Origin: an uncultured delta proteobacterium
GTDB taxonomy: Bacteria; Desulfobacterota; Binatia; UBA9968
DNA length: 64,000 bases
Direction of reading: 5' to 3'
Assembly (NCBI GenBank): GCA_963737905.1
Contig: CAVTUQ010000032.1
Coordinates: forward strand, 21,096-85,095
Shown: positions 1 through 9,473 of the stretch, in pieces
Position numbering within the stretch: the stretch's first letter is position 1
How the letters are laid out: each line of letters begins with the position of its first letter
Made by a program: the position numbers and the translations under genes
The notes under the pieces: model-generated
What the model was told of the DNA's origin: nothing
Database searches by the model: none
The model's input: only the letters and a program-made list of their open reading frames with translations

Positions 1-1322
1 AGCATGTCGATGGCGTGCGCGTAATGGTTACGCACTTGCCCCTTCGCTTTTATGCCCTTGGGCCAGTGAACGATAAACGGATCGCTGACGCCGCCGCGAT
101 AGGTCTCGCGCTTCCACCGGCGGAACGGCGTGTTGCCGGCGTGAGTCCAGCCCCACGCATAGTGATTGAAGAACTTGGGTCCGCCGAGATCGTCAAGGGC
201 TGCGAGGTTCTGCTGCAGATCGTCCGGCACATTGTTGAAGAATTTGTTTTCGTTAACCGAGCCGGTGGGCCCGCCTTCGGAGCTGGCGCCGTTGTCGGAG
301 ATGACCATGATCAACGTATTTCTTAGCTCGCCCATTTGTTCCAGGAAATTAATCAGCCGGCCGATATGATGGTCGGTGTGTTCCAAGAAGCCGGCGAAGA
401 CTTCCATCATGCGCGCGTAAAGTTTGCGCTCATCGGCGGAGAGTTTTTTCCAATCCTGGACGTCGGGATCATGGCGCGAGAGCTTCGTGCCCTTGGGGAC
501 AACGCCCAATTCGAGCTGCCGCTTGAGCACTTTTGCGCGGTACGCATCCCAGCCATCGTCGAATTGGCCCTTGTATTTGTCGGCCCATTCCTTCGGCACC
601 TGGTGCGGCGCATGCATGGCACCGGTGGCGAAGTAAAGAAAAAAGGGCTTATCCGGCGCGAGCTGCTTCGAGTCGGCGATGAACTGGATCGACTTGTCGA
701 CCAGATCCTCAGTCAAGTGATAGCCCTCCTCCGGTGTCCTCGGCGGCTCGACCTGATGATTGTCGTAGACGAGATCCGGATAATACTGGCTGGTGTCGCC
801 GCCGAGGAAACCATAATAGCGCTCGAAGCCGCGTCCCAGCGGCCAGCGGTCATAGGGTCCCGCGGCGCTGATCTGCTCGGCGGGAGTCAAGTGCCATTTG
901 CCAACCGCGTAAGTGTTGTAGCCGTGCTGCAAAAGCATCTCGGGAAGAAAACCGTTCTCGAAGGGGATAGCACCGTTGGAGCCGGGATAGCCTTCAGAGC
1001 CTTCGGTGATACAGGCCATCCCATTCGAATGATGGTTTCGTCCCGTCAACATACACGAGCGCGACGGCGAACAGAGCGCCGTGGTGTGCATGTTGTTGTA
1101 GAGTAAGCCGTTTTTCGCCAGCTTATCCAGATTCGGCGTACGGATCGGCGAGCCATAGCAGCCGAGCTGGCCGAAACCGGTATCGTCGAGCACGATGAAC
1201 AAAACATTGGGCGCGCCCTCTTGCGCCCGCAGCGGCGCGGGCCATGCCGGTTCGGACTCGCCGATGGTCCGTCCCATCCGGCCGGGGAAAGTAGTTCCCG
1301 GTTTGTATTCTTTCAGTGCCAT
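1..1322 (-). CDS. Arylsulfatase (sulfatase family), 3' end runs off the window
   Basis: Manual translation from ATG 1322 (GGAGGAGG upstream): MALKEYKPGTTFPGRMGRTIGES...PNVLFIVLDDTGFGQLGCYG...TALCSPSRSCMLTGRNHH, with the formylglycine CxPxR motif. Not listed in the ORF track. Confidence 0.93.
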   Translation of the reverse strand, partial: MALKEYKPGTTFPGRMGRTIGESEPAWPAPLRAQEGAPNVLFIVLDDTGFGQLGCYGSPIRTPNLDKLAKNGLLYNNMHTTALCSPSRSCMLTGRNHHSNGMACITEGSEGYPGSNGAIPFENGFLPEMLLQHGYNTYAVGKWHLTPAEQISAAGPYDRWPLGRGFERYYGFLGGDTSQYYPDLVYDNHQVEPPRTPEEGYHLTEDLVDKSIQFIADSKQLAPDKPFFLYFATGAMHAPHQVPKEWADKYKGQFDDGWDAYRAKVLKRQLELGVVPKGTKLSRHDPDVQDWKKLSADERKLYARMMEVFAGFLEHTDHHIGRLINFLEQMGELRNTLIMVISDNGASSEGGPTGSVNENKFFNNVPDDLQQNLAALDDLGGPKFFNHYAWGWTHAGNTPFRRWKRETYRGGVSDPFIVHWPKGIKAKGQVRNHYAHAIDM

Positions 1323-1426
1323 GTTGTTCCTCCTCCGTCTGGTGACCAGGGCCACCTTACTGTCGCCCTGAACTTTATACTGCGAGAAGCTTAGCGATTT
1401 TTGTTTCGACAGTCAGGCCATCTGAC

Positions 1427-1466
1427 ATCAGGTGATCCCGGGTTTTTCGCTTCTAAATCCCTTAGG
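1427..1466 (-). promoter_or_regulatory. Box-A copy 1 (upstream of sulfatase)
   Basis: ATCAGG TGATC CCGGGT TTTTCGCTTCTAAATCCCTTAGG; matches eight other copies. Confidence 0.75.
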
Positions 1467-1485
1467 CGTGAGAACGCCACCACGA

Positions 1486-1628
1486 CTTCATCGAGTGCAT
1501 TGAGGAATACTTCGTCACTGAGCGGCTTGTGCAGAAATGCCACTGCGCCTGCCCGCAGCGCCCGCCCACGTACATCCGTCTCGTCGTGGGCAGTAATGAA
1601 AATCACCGGGAGAGTTTTTTTACTTCGG
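1486..1628 (-). pseudogene. 3' fragment of a single-domain response regulator, paralog of 9152-9294
   Basis: 143-bp gapless alignment to 9152-9294; encodes PVIFITAHDE...AGAVAFLHKPLSDEVFLNALDE; no N-terminal half. Confidence 0.85.
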
Positions 1629-1783
1629 CTGAGGGAATCTAGCGAAGATCTAACAGACTCTATATTGAACTTTGGTCCAACAGGGGGCGAAGGGGCCTAT
1701 CGCGCGAAGCCCCAAGAACGCAAAAGACGTCGATCCGTTAGTTAGACTAGAACAAAGACCCGATGATCTTTAAACCAGCCGGC

Positions 1784-3106
1784 TCAATACTCCGAGGGCT
1801 GGTTGCTCCAACTCGCCGGATCCGCACCCATCTTTTCCCCCAGGTCGCTTAGGTTGTTCATGGTCTCTTTGATGAACACCCCGGGGACCGGCGGGGACCA
1901 ATCGCCGGGGATCGACACGACACGCACCTCGACATCGGCCTTGCGCTTGAGCCGTGATATCTCGGCCATCGCGAAGAGATGACGGATGGCGGTCGACGTA
2001 GCCGCGCGCGTGGACGTCTCCAGGCTTCGTGAAATGACCGCCGGCCAGTTCGGCGGTGTCACCTGCGGTATGGGACGGAACTGATTGTTGAAAATCACCC
2101 AGTAGCGGATCTTAGGGATCGGTAGGTTCGGATAAGCCTTCTGCCATAGCGCCGGTAGACTGTCCTCTTCTCCTATCCGCCCGCCATAGATGATGTTGCC
2201 CGTCACGCCGCCGTCAACATAAAGCTGATCGTCGATCATCCGGAACGGAAACGCGCCTGGGATTCCTGCCGAGGCGAGCATGATGCTGTGAATGCGGTCG
2301 ACCTGTCCCGAATCGGCGGCGCGCTGCGCTTCCGCCACCAGGTCGAACACCCGCGAGGTGCCCTCATCAAGGTCGGTCGTGTTGACTGCCAGGACCCGGC
2401 CGTCGGCGCCCGCCTTCGCGATGCGGCGAACCATGTCCAGGGTAATGTGTTTTTGCATCTCGCGCTCCAGTCCGGGCACCTCGGCGAACGAGATGTTGTC
2501 CGGCAAGAAATAGAGAAACCCGCGCTGTTTCACCCAGTCTGGCTCCGGGTTGCGATAGAGGTTCACGATCTCGTCGGCCGACTGTTCGTCGCCCAGGAAA
2601 GCGAACGGGGCGATCAAGGTCCCCGTGCTCACCCCGGTCACGGCATCAAATTCGGGTTTGGCCAGAGGGTGCTGGGCGGGGATCTTCCGCCACCCTTTGA
2701 GAAACCCCGCCCCGAAGGCTCCCCAATCGCCCCCACCCGAGATGATCAGGATGTCGATCACCGGCGGCGGCTGCCCTGCTGCGGCGCGCCGGTCGTATTC
2801 GGCCTTGGTGAGTTCGAGCAATTTGCCGAGCAGTTTGCGCGATGCCGCTACGGACTGTTCGTCGCCCCTGGTGCGCACCTTCAGGAGATCCTGCTCCGTA
2901 ACCGGTGGGCGCGTCAGGGCGGGGCCACAACCGCCCAACATGAGCCCCACCGCGAGTACCGACACCGCCATCAGTGAGCACCTCCGACGGGTGGCCACCG
3001 CACCGAGGGTAACGGCAGATCGCGGCGAACTTTGGTGTGAGCATGGGATGTTGTCCAACAAACTCGTAAAATCGTCGGAGTGTGATGGTTCTAGGTATTT
3101 TGCCAT
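1784..3106 (-). CDS. Patatin-like phospholipase, probable lipoprotein
   Basis: SGGGDWGAFG, GVSTG (GxSxG) and DGG motifs; lipobox-like LGGC. Alternative start at 2971 with GGAGG. Confidence 0.9.
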   Translation of the reverse strand: MAKYLEPSHSDDFTSLLDNIPCSHQSSPRSAVTLGAVATRRRCSLMAVSVLAVGLMLGGCGPALTRPPVTEQDLLKVRTRGDEQSVAASRKLLGKLLELTKAEYDRRAAAGQPPPVIDILIISGGGDWGAFGAGFLKGWRKIPAQHPLAKPEFDAVTGVSTGTLIAPFAFLGDEQSADEIVNLYRNPEPDWVKQRGFLYFLPDNISFAEVPGLEREMQKHITLDMVRRIAKAGADGRVLAVNTTDLDEGTSRVFDLVAEAQRAADSGQVDRIHSIMLASAGIPGAFPFRMIDDQLYVDGGVTGNIIYGGRIGEEDSLPALWQKAYPNLPIPKIRYWVIFNNQFRPIPQVTPPNWPAVISRSLETSTRAATSTAIRHLFAMAEISRLKRKADVEVRVVSIPGDWSPPVPGVFIKETMNNLSDLGEKMGADPASWSNQPSEY

Positions 3107-3191
3107 ATAATCTCCTTCTCTTGCTTCTTAACCTCTATGGGGTCAATTCCGCGCAGCTTGCTGCGTTATGTAAATCGAATATCAGAAGTCC

Positions 3192-3267
3192 GTGATACCC
3201 ACATGGCTTAAGCGGGAATCCAGGCGGGTTCGGAACTGACCCCCGATAAACGCATTCGGGGGTGATG
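3192..3267. repeat. REP/MITE-like palindromic element
   Basis: GTGATACCC...GCGGGAATCCAG...CCCCCGA-TAAACGCAT-TCGGGGG-TGA hairpin; related to 53067-53163. Confidence 0.6.
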
Positions 3268-3415
3268 CCTTGGAGGTAAACTTGCCGTCCGCGCCCGACG
3301 ACTTTTCTTGGCTTACACTTTGTCTTCAGCATCTAGCTGCCGGGGCCAAGTGTAAACACCCCCAGTCTACACCTAAAACTCGAAACCTGATCACTGTTTA
3401 CTGCTTACTATTTTT

Positions 3416-3847
3416 CTAAGTTGCCTTGAGCCAAGTCCGCGTCTGATAGAAAAACCCGAGATACCCGCGAAGCCTGAGTTTCCCATCTTCAACCCAGATT
3501 TCCACCGTATGGAGTTGACCGTCGTTGGGGTTTACGACGGTGCCCTTGTAACGATCTCCGGTAGAACTAAAGTCTCTCAAGATTACTAGCCCCAGGATCG
3601 GTTTGCCTTTGTCGGTGCCCGTGCACGCGATGCAGGTTTTTGGTTTGCCTTGTTTATCGTTCGGCTCAGGCAGGGCCACGATCTTGCCGAACAGTTTGCC
3701 GCTCTGTTCATAGATCTCTACTTCGGATGTGACCTTGCCGCTCTTTTCATCGACTGTTTTCCATTTGCCCACGGGTGACTGGGCCGCCAGAACCAAGCTA
3801 GCACCCACGAAGCTAATCAGAACTACGACAAAACAAAACCATTTCAT
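3416..3847 (-). CDS. DUF2147 family secreted protein
   Basis: Signal peptide; SPVGKWKTVD...C..C...KPILGL...LRGYLG..RTW pattern. Confidence 0.88.
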   Translation of the reverse strand: MKWFCFVVVLISFVGASLVLAAQSPVGKWKTVDEKSGKVTSEVEIYEQSGKLFGKIVALPEPNDKQGKPKTCIACTGTDKGKPILGLVILRDFSSTGDRYKGTVVNPNDGQLHTVEIWVEDGKLRLRGYLGFFYQTRTWLKAT

Positions 3848-4206
3848 CTATGTTGGTCCTCAGATCTGACTTTGGGCTTTGAAATAATTATTCGACTTGT
3901 GATCGTCCGGCGATCCTGTCACTCGGATGGGGTCACTCATGAAAAGTTTGTCAAGGTCCTCGTTGCTCGACGCGCCTCTTTTGGTAGGGTGGGGCTGAGC
4001 TGTTCAACCGGCTCACCCTTGTTTGTACCATAGTAGGACTAGACCATGGGAGAATAGAGTTCAATCCTACGCTGCTTGATGAGCAAAAAAACGGCGACCT
4101 GATGTGGACCACCCGCTATGCTGTGAGATAGATTTTATTTGAGCGTGCGACTGAGCTTTATGCGCAAACCCAGCAAGAGCGCAATCTCAACCAAACACTC
4201 GTGCGG

Positions 4207-4235
4207 TTGACATCTCCCAGGGCCGGCGATATTAC
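4207..4235 (+). promoter_or_regulatory. Sigma70-type promoter for the 4301 gene
   Basis: TTGACA-17 bp-TATTAC, 66 bp before ATG. Confidence 0.55.
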
Positions 4236-4300
4236 TCCGGCCAGAAAAAAAGGCGTTTAAATTTCCTATACATAAGTGTTTCTCAACCCGGGAGATAACC

Positions 4301-5050
4301 ATGGTACGAAAGATTCTGGTGCTCAGCGTGCTGGCAATGTCGCTTGCGGCACCGAGCACCTATGCGCAGACTGCGCCGGCGAGTGCTGTCGATCCGGCGT
4401 CGATTCAGGCCCTCAAGGACATGGGTGCGTTCTTGCAGACACTGAAGCGTTTTCAGGTGTCGACCGAACTGACCGGAGAGCGCGTTCTGGCCGATGGCCA
4501 AAAGCTGCAGCATACGGCGACGGCCGTTATCGACGTCGAGCGTCCGAACAAGATCCGCGCCCTGATGCATAGCGCCCGTTCCGAACGCGAGATCGTCTAC
4601 GACGGTAAGACGGTCACACTCTATACGCCGGCGCAGAAGTATTACTCGACGGTCGAATTCACCGACACGATCGGCAAACTGATCGAGCGGCTGGAGGAAA
4701 GGTACGGGGTGGAACTCCCGTTGGCGGATCTTTTCCTCTGGGGTACCCCAGCTGCGCCAGTCGACAAGATCGAATCGGCAATGAATGCCGGCCAGGATTT
4801 CGTCGGCGACGATCTCTGTGACCACTACGCCTTCCGGCAGGCCAAGGCCGACTGGCAGATCTGGATTACCGCCGGGAGCAGACCGCTGCCACGCAAGGTC
4901 GTGATCACCAATCGCACCGACGAAGCGCGCCCGCAGTCGGTTTCCCTGATCGACTGGAATTTGAAACCTACCTTCAAGGACACGGTTTTCAAGTTCACGC
5001 CGCCCAAGGGTGCGTCCAAGATCGAGATTGTTCCGGTGAAAACAAAGTAG
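4301..5050 (+). CDS. DUF2092 family periplasmic protein
   Basis: Signal peptide; RPNK, YDGKTVTLY, LPLADL, CDHYAFRQ..DWQIWI and F.F.PP motifs; GGGAG RBS. Confidence 0.88.
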   Translation: MVRKILVLSVLAMSLAAPSTYAQTAPASAVDPASIQALKDMGAFLQTLKRFQVSTELTGERVLADGQKLQHTATAVIDVERPNKIRALMHSARSEREIVYDGKTVTLYTPAQKYYSTVEFTDTIGKLIERLEERYGVELPLADLFLWGTPAAPVDKIESAMNAGQDFVGDDLCDHYAFRQAKADWQIWITAGSRPLPRKVVITNRTDEARPQSVSLIDWNLKPTFKDTVFKFTPPKGASKIEIVPVKTK

Positions 5051-5062
5051 AGGAGCGCCAAC

Positions 5063-5587
5063 ATGAAGAGATCATTCGGTAAGTTGTTTCCGGCCTCGTT
5101 GGCCGCTCTCGTTCTCGCCAGCTTCGCCATCGCCCCCTACGCTGATGCCGCCGCGGCTCGGGGCGGCGGTGGTGGTGCTCGCGCTGCAGGCGGCGGTGGG
5201 GGTGCTCGCGCTGCAGGCGCCGGTGGCGGCGCCGCCAGGCAGACTGCGCACGTCGACAACAGCAAGGCCGATGCCCGCACCAACAATGTCCGCAGCACTA
5301 GCGTCAATAACGTCAACAACGTCAACGTAGACCGCGACGTCAACGTCAATGTCGAAGGTCATCGCGGTTGCTGTGGCGGCTGGGACAATGACTACCATCC
5401 GGTCGCCACTGCAGCGGCAGTTACTGCTGGCGTCGCCGTGACTTCCGCCGTCGTCGGCTCGCTGGTGCGAAGCGTGCCGCCAAGTTGCGTGCCGGTAAAC
5501 TACGGTGGCATGGTCTATCAACAATGCGGAAGCACCTGGTATCAGCCCCAGGGACCGGAGTACGTCGTGGTCAATCCTCCGTATTGA
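5063..5587 (+). CDS. Secreted Gly/Ala-rich hypothetical protein with NVN repeats and a C-terminal YQQCGSTWYQP domain
   Basis: Signal peptide, GGGGARAA repeats, AGGAG RBS, 12 bp after the DUF2092 gene. Confidence 0.75.
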   Translation: MKRSFGKLFPASLAALVLASFAIAPYADAAAARGGGGGARAAGGGGGARAAGAGGGAARQTAHVDNSKADARTNNVRSTSVNNVNNVNVDRDVNVNVEGHRGCCGGWDNDYHPVATAAAVTAGVAVTSAVVGSLVRSVPPSCVPVNYGGMVYQQCGSTWYQPQGPEYVVVNPPY

Positions 5588-5703
5588 TTCCAAATGAGCT
5601 GTTGGTAAGGATAGCGCGGACCGATTACGCTGATGCCGGCCTGCGTCGTTGCAGCGAGCACGAATTCGGACGGCAAACGAATTGGGAGAACCTGGAGCCG
5701 CTG

Positions 5704-5840
5704 GAAATCATTCCCAGTCCGATAGAGCAAGCAACCGAGCCCGCATGCGATCACGCGCAGCGCCGGCGCGCATGAGTTGGGCCAGACTGCTCAAACGAGT
5801 CTTCGATATCGACATCGACGACTGGCCGAACTGAAAGATC
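5704..5840 (+). mobile_element. Remnant of an IS91/ISCR-family transposase C-terminus
   Basis: Encodes EIIPSP...ARMSWARLLKRVFDIDI, typical of IS91-family C-termini; frameshifted and truncated. Confidence 0.75.
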
Positions 5841-5865
5841 GGCCCGCTATTCCCTGTCACGATTT

Positions 5866-7374
5866 TCAGCTCGACCCCTTGACCGTCTCACGCGCCTTTT
5901 TTTGCTCTTCCTCGTGATCGAGCATCAGCTTGTAGGTCGTGTAGTACTTGAAGATGTTGCGCACGTAGGTGGTGGTTTCGATGCCGACTTTCTCCGCCGT
6001 TACGATCTCGACATTGTTGAACCACTTGTCAGGGTCGAGGCTGCGCTTAACCGCCTCCTTCCTCATGCTGGCGATTCGACCTGGACCAGCATTGTAGGCC
6101 GCAAATGCGAAGAGCGACCGATTCGCTTCGCTAAACTTCGCGTCGGGGAAGTATCTGGTCATCAACTGGTCCATGTACTTGGTGCCCGCGTGGATATTCG
6201 GCTCGGTGAGCTTGATATCGCCGACCTTCATCTCGGCGCCGGTGGCCGGCATCAATTGCATGACGCCGATGGCGCCGACGTGGCTCTTCGCGTTCTGGTT
6301 GAGCTGCGACTCCTGGTAGCCCTGGGCCGCGAGCATCAGCGGATCGAAGCCGTATTTCTCGCCATACTGCCGAAACAGCGCCAGTGTGTCCTGGAAGCGC
6401 TTCGCCTCTGCCGAGCCGAACGGGTCCGTGATCTGCTTGATGCGCTTGTGGTATTGCTGCATCCGGTAGTTCATAACACCCTGCTTCTTGAGGAAATTGG
6501 TGAAAAATTCATAGATCTCAGCGGCGAGCTTTGGGCTGTCCTTGCGGATCGCCCAGCCGGTCAGTCCGACTGAGCGCACAACGATCTGCTCGTGAACCTT
6601 TATCTTGGGCAGTATCTGGGCCCACATCTTCGCCTTCCAGTTGTCGACGACGATGGCTTCCAGCAAACCGACATTTAACATCTCCATCATATCCTCGTCC
6701 TCGAGAGCGTCGGGCACGAGCACTAGATTGACCGCCGGCTTGCCCTCTTTCTTCAGCCGGCTGTTGAGCGCGTTCAGGCTCTCGTAGTAGCTCGACGCCT
6801 TGCGGACGTGCACGGTCTTACCAGACAGTTCGTCCGCCGTTGTAACCGTTTGTGACTTTGGGCCGGTTAGGACGATCTCGGAAATGGGCTTCTCGTTCGG
6901 TGGACCGACGAAATCAATTATCTGCTTACGCTCCTCGGTGACAGTGAGGTTGCCAGCGGCGATGTCCCCGAGCCCGTCGGCGACGTTCTGTAGCAGGACG
7001 TCACGGGTCGTCGGGATGAGGTAAATGGTGATCGGACGGTTGCCGAGCTGTTTCTTGAATTTTTGATTGATGTAGCGCTCGAAATCGCGCGCGGTATCCG
7101 CCGTTATGCCGCGTTCGCGCCCTTTATCATTGAAGTAGAGCGTCCGGCTGTAGGGAACCAAAAAGCGAATATGCCGGCGCTTGATCATGCCGTCGAAGTC
7201 GCCCTTCCATTCCTTGGTCTGCGTCGGGAGCGCACGACGCGCCGTCGCCGGAGCCGGCTTCGTGTCCGCGCCAGGTTGCTGCGCAAGCGAAGCGAATGCG
7301 CCGAAAAAAACCAGACCGCCGGCCATGGAAAACGTAATAAACGATTTAGTAACGGCTATACGGTTCAGCATCAT
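5866..7374 (-). CDS. mltF: MltF-like lytic transglycosylase (SBP_bac_3 + SLT domain)
   Basis: AAQGYQES, GAIGVMQLMP and AAYNAGPG SLT motifs after a substrate-binding domain; AAGGAG before ATG 7374. Confidence 0.88.
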   Translation of the reverse strand: MMLNRIAVTKSFITFSMAGGLVFFGAFASLAQQPGADTKPAPATARRALPTQTKEWKGDFDGMIKRRHIRFLVPYSRTLYFNDKGRERGITADTARDFERYINQKFKKQLGNRPITIYLIPTTRDVLLQNVADGLGDIAAGNLTVTEERKQIIDFVGPPNEKPISEIVLTGPKSQTVTTADELSGKTVHVRKASSYYESLNALNSRLKKEGKPAVNLVLVPDALEDEDMMEMLNVGLLEAIVVDNWKAKMWAQILPKIKVHEQIVVRSVGLTGWAIRKDSPKLAAEIYEFFTNFLKKQGVMNYRMQQYHKRIKQITDPFGSAEAKRFQDTLALFRQYGEKYGFDPLMLAAQGYQESQLNQNAKSHVGAIGVMQLMPATGAEMKVGDIKLTEPNIHAGTKYMDQLMTRYFPDAKFSEANRSLFAFAAYNAGPGRIASMRKEAVKRSLDPDKWFNNVEIVTAEKVGIETTTYVRNIFKYYTTYKLMLDHEEEQKKARETVKGSS

Positions 7375-7457
7375 TGGCTTCTCCTTTTCTTCTTCAAGCA
7401 AAATACTTTACTATTCTTCGGCCTTCAGGGTCGAAATTCTCGGATTTGGAAATTCCT

Positions 7458-7564
7458 CCCGCCAAGGCGCAAAGGCGCCAAGTTCGGAGGGAGAAAGATA
7501 AATATTTTTACGAATTCTTTTCACCATTTTTTCCGACCTTAGCGGCCTTGGCGTCTTTGCGGGA
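7458..7564. repeat. MITE-like element with ~30-bp imperfect inverted ends
   Basis: CCCGCCAAGGCGCAAAGGCGCCAAGTTCGGA ... TCCGACCTTAGCGGCCTTGGCGTCTTTGCGGG. Confidence 0.7.
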
Positions 7565-7643
7565 AATATTCCGAGTTTCGGTTGTGGTCTGCCGCACTGT
7601 GTCGCTGCAATGAATACTCCTTCACAGAAACCCCCGAAACACC

Positions 7644-8525
7644 CTATTCTTTGGCCATCCCCATCACTTCAACGACCTCGGCGTGCCGCTTGCGCCACAT
7701 CACATAAGGAATAGACAGGATCGCGCTCAGGACCAGGTACAAAAGGATTGCGGCGGGCGCGAGCTTTTGGTCCGGAAAGTTAGCGCTGGCAACGGCCATC
7801 GCGACCCCGGGATGACGGGCGGCCGTGGCAAGCGCGAGCACGCTCCGGTTTTCGTCGCCAGGCCCTCCGAGCAGATGACCGGTGATCAGTCCGATAACGA
7901 TGAAGGCCGCAAGGGCGACAACGGTTCCATTACCAATTAAGGATACGATCGGTTGCCAGGCAGAAAACAGCACGGCAAAGACGCATAAGAATAGCAGCAC
8001 CGTGGCGATCAGCGACATGGGTCGAACAATCCGCTGGGCAAATGCCGGCGCAACAGAGCGAAAAAGGAGGCCAGTCAGGAGCGGTCCGAGGACCGCCATC
8101 ATAGCCAGTCGCGCGATCGCCAGGAACGATATGTGATGAGTGGCCGTACCAAACCCTCTCCCAAGCAGCTCCACAGCAACGGGCACAGACACAATAGAAA
8201 TCAGCGCGGCGGCAACCAGCAACCCAACTGCATACGATGCGCGTCCCCCCGCCTTCCTCTGCTTCTTTGGGAGTAAAGGGGGCACCGGCGATATGGCCAG
8301 GGCGATGAGAGCTATCTTGACTGCCGGGTGAAAATCGAAGACGGCTGCTAAGATCGTAGCAACCAGCGGCATGATGATGGCCATAGCAAGCAGCGATCGC
8401 ACGAACTCGGACGGCCTGCGGAATAGATATGTAGTGTCATCGAAGGTCGAACTAAGACCAAGACCAAAGACCATTACAGCCACGCTGGTCTTAAGCCCAA
8501 GCGGAATTAGAGTTGCAAAATCCAT
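7644..8525 (-). CDS. Bile acid:sodium symporter (BASS) family transporter
   Basis: About 9 TM helices, MVFGLG start, ARHPGVA motif. Confidence 0.85.
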   Translation of the reverse strand: MDFATLIPLGLKTSVAVMVFGLGLSSTFDDTTYLFRRPSEFVRSLLAMAIIMPLVATILAAVFDFHPAVKIALIALAISPVPPLLPKKQRKAGGRASYAVGLLVAAALISIVSVPVAVELLGRGFGTATHHISFLAIARLAMMAVLGPLLTGLLFRSVAPAFAQRIVRPMSLIATVLLFLCVFAVLFSAWQPIVSLIGNGTVVALAAFIVIGLITGHLLGGPGDENRSVLALATAARHPGVAMAVASANFPDQKLAPAAILLYLVLSAILSIPYVMWRKRHAEVVEVMGMAKE

Positions 8526-8644
8526 AAATGGATTCCAGGAAAAGAGGGTCGAATGTCGAGGGTCGAGTGTCGAAACCACTCCTCGTTGTTTTTGCTTTCT
8601 GTTTTTCTCATCTCAAGCCTATTTGTTGAGGTTTCGACGAGCGA

Positions 8645-8725
8645 TCAGATGCGTCCCCTGATCATCTGTATTCCCAACCAAATCCCGACGAGCACGACCC
8701 CTAGCATCAAAAGCAAACTTGCCAT
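8645..8725 (-). CDS. 26-aa single-TM small protein MASLLLMLGVVLVGIWLGIQMIRGRI
   Basis: AGGAGG 8 nt before ATG; hydrophobic helix with basic tail; below ORF-track cutoff. Confidence 0.6.
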   Translation of the reverse strand: MASLLLMLGVVLVGIWLGIQMIRGRI

Positions 8726-8764
8726 ATCAATTTCCTCCTAACCAAAAGGAACGGTCGATAGCGA

Positions 8765-8932
8765 TCATCGCCAATCGTGGAAGGCAACACGGAGTCCGAG
8801 CTCAGAAATTCTCTCTTGGTTGCTGATCAACGGCGAACTAGTGCTATCCCGATTACGCTCCACCGAAAGCAGTGCGATCAATGAGTAGAGGACAAAAACA
8901 ATTGCGAAAAATTCCGCCGTAACATCCTTCAT
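8765..8932 (-). CDS. Small hypothetical membrane protein
   Basis: GGGAGG RBS before MKDVTAEFFAIVFVLYSLIALL; one TM. Confidence 0.45.
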   Translation of the reverse strand: MKDVTAEFFAIVFVLYSLIALLSVERNRDSTSSPLISNQERISELGLRVAFHDWR

Positions 8933-9116
8933 AGACCCCTCCCAGGTTGTGTCATACCCCCAGTAGGACTTCGGTAACGGAGCCGATTCCACGCAACGAG
9001 CTGCGGAGAATCAAAATCTCCGAATCGAAAGAGCTGGTACTGCGGGTGCTGCAGGGGGGTATCCTGCGCGGAGGCGCTACCCGCCGTACCAGCCAGCGCC
9101 GCCAGACACGCGGCCG

Positions 9117-9473
9117 CTATCTTTTAGCTTGCCTCCGGTCACGCTTAAGAGCTTCATCGAGTGCATTGAGGAATACCTCGTCACTGAACGGCTTGCGCAA
9201 AAAGGCCACTGCGCCTGCCCGCAGCGCCCGGTCACGTACGCTCACCTCGTCGTGGGCAGTAATGAAAATCACCGGGAGAGTTCTTTCACTTCGGACTAAG
9301 TGTTCCTGCACCTCCAGGCCGTTCATTCCTGGCATCTGCACATCAAGTACGACACAGTCTGGATGACACGACGGCATGGTCTCGATGTGCTCGATGAACT
9401 CGTGACCAGATGTGAACGTGTCGGTGTCCACTCCCAGGGAGCGAAGCAGCCGCCCAATCGCCCGGCAGACCGG
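9117..9473 (-). pseudogene. Single-domain (FixJ-like) receiver lacking its N-terminal DD strand
   Basis: PVCRAIGRLLRSLG...VVLDVQMP...FITAHD...FLRKPF; begins directly after the TAG of the 9474-9764 gene, in the same frame. Confidence 0.8.

Noticed and set aside
336-1106. 256-aa plus-strand ORF
   Set aside because: Antisense shadow of the sulfatase gene. The same applies to most long plus-strand ORFs such as 2288-2977, 5902-6573, 58945-59766 and 62648-63661.
8543-8573. GTCGA(A/G) heptamer repeats upstream of the BASS gene
   Set aside because: Four short degenerate units of a common intergenic low-complexity type. They only explain the spurious N-terminal extension of the ORF.
9004-9093. Apparent three-way-junction RNA (GCTGGTAC.GCGGGT...ACCCGC.GTACCAGC with inner hairpins)
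   Set aside because: The minus strand reads as a signal peptide remnant (IAAACLAALAGTAGSASAQDTP..PQYQLFRF), and GC-rich pairing can arise by chance. It matches no RNA family I recognise; an Rfam or covariation test would be needed.
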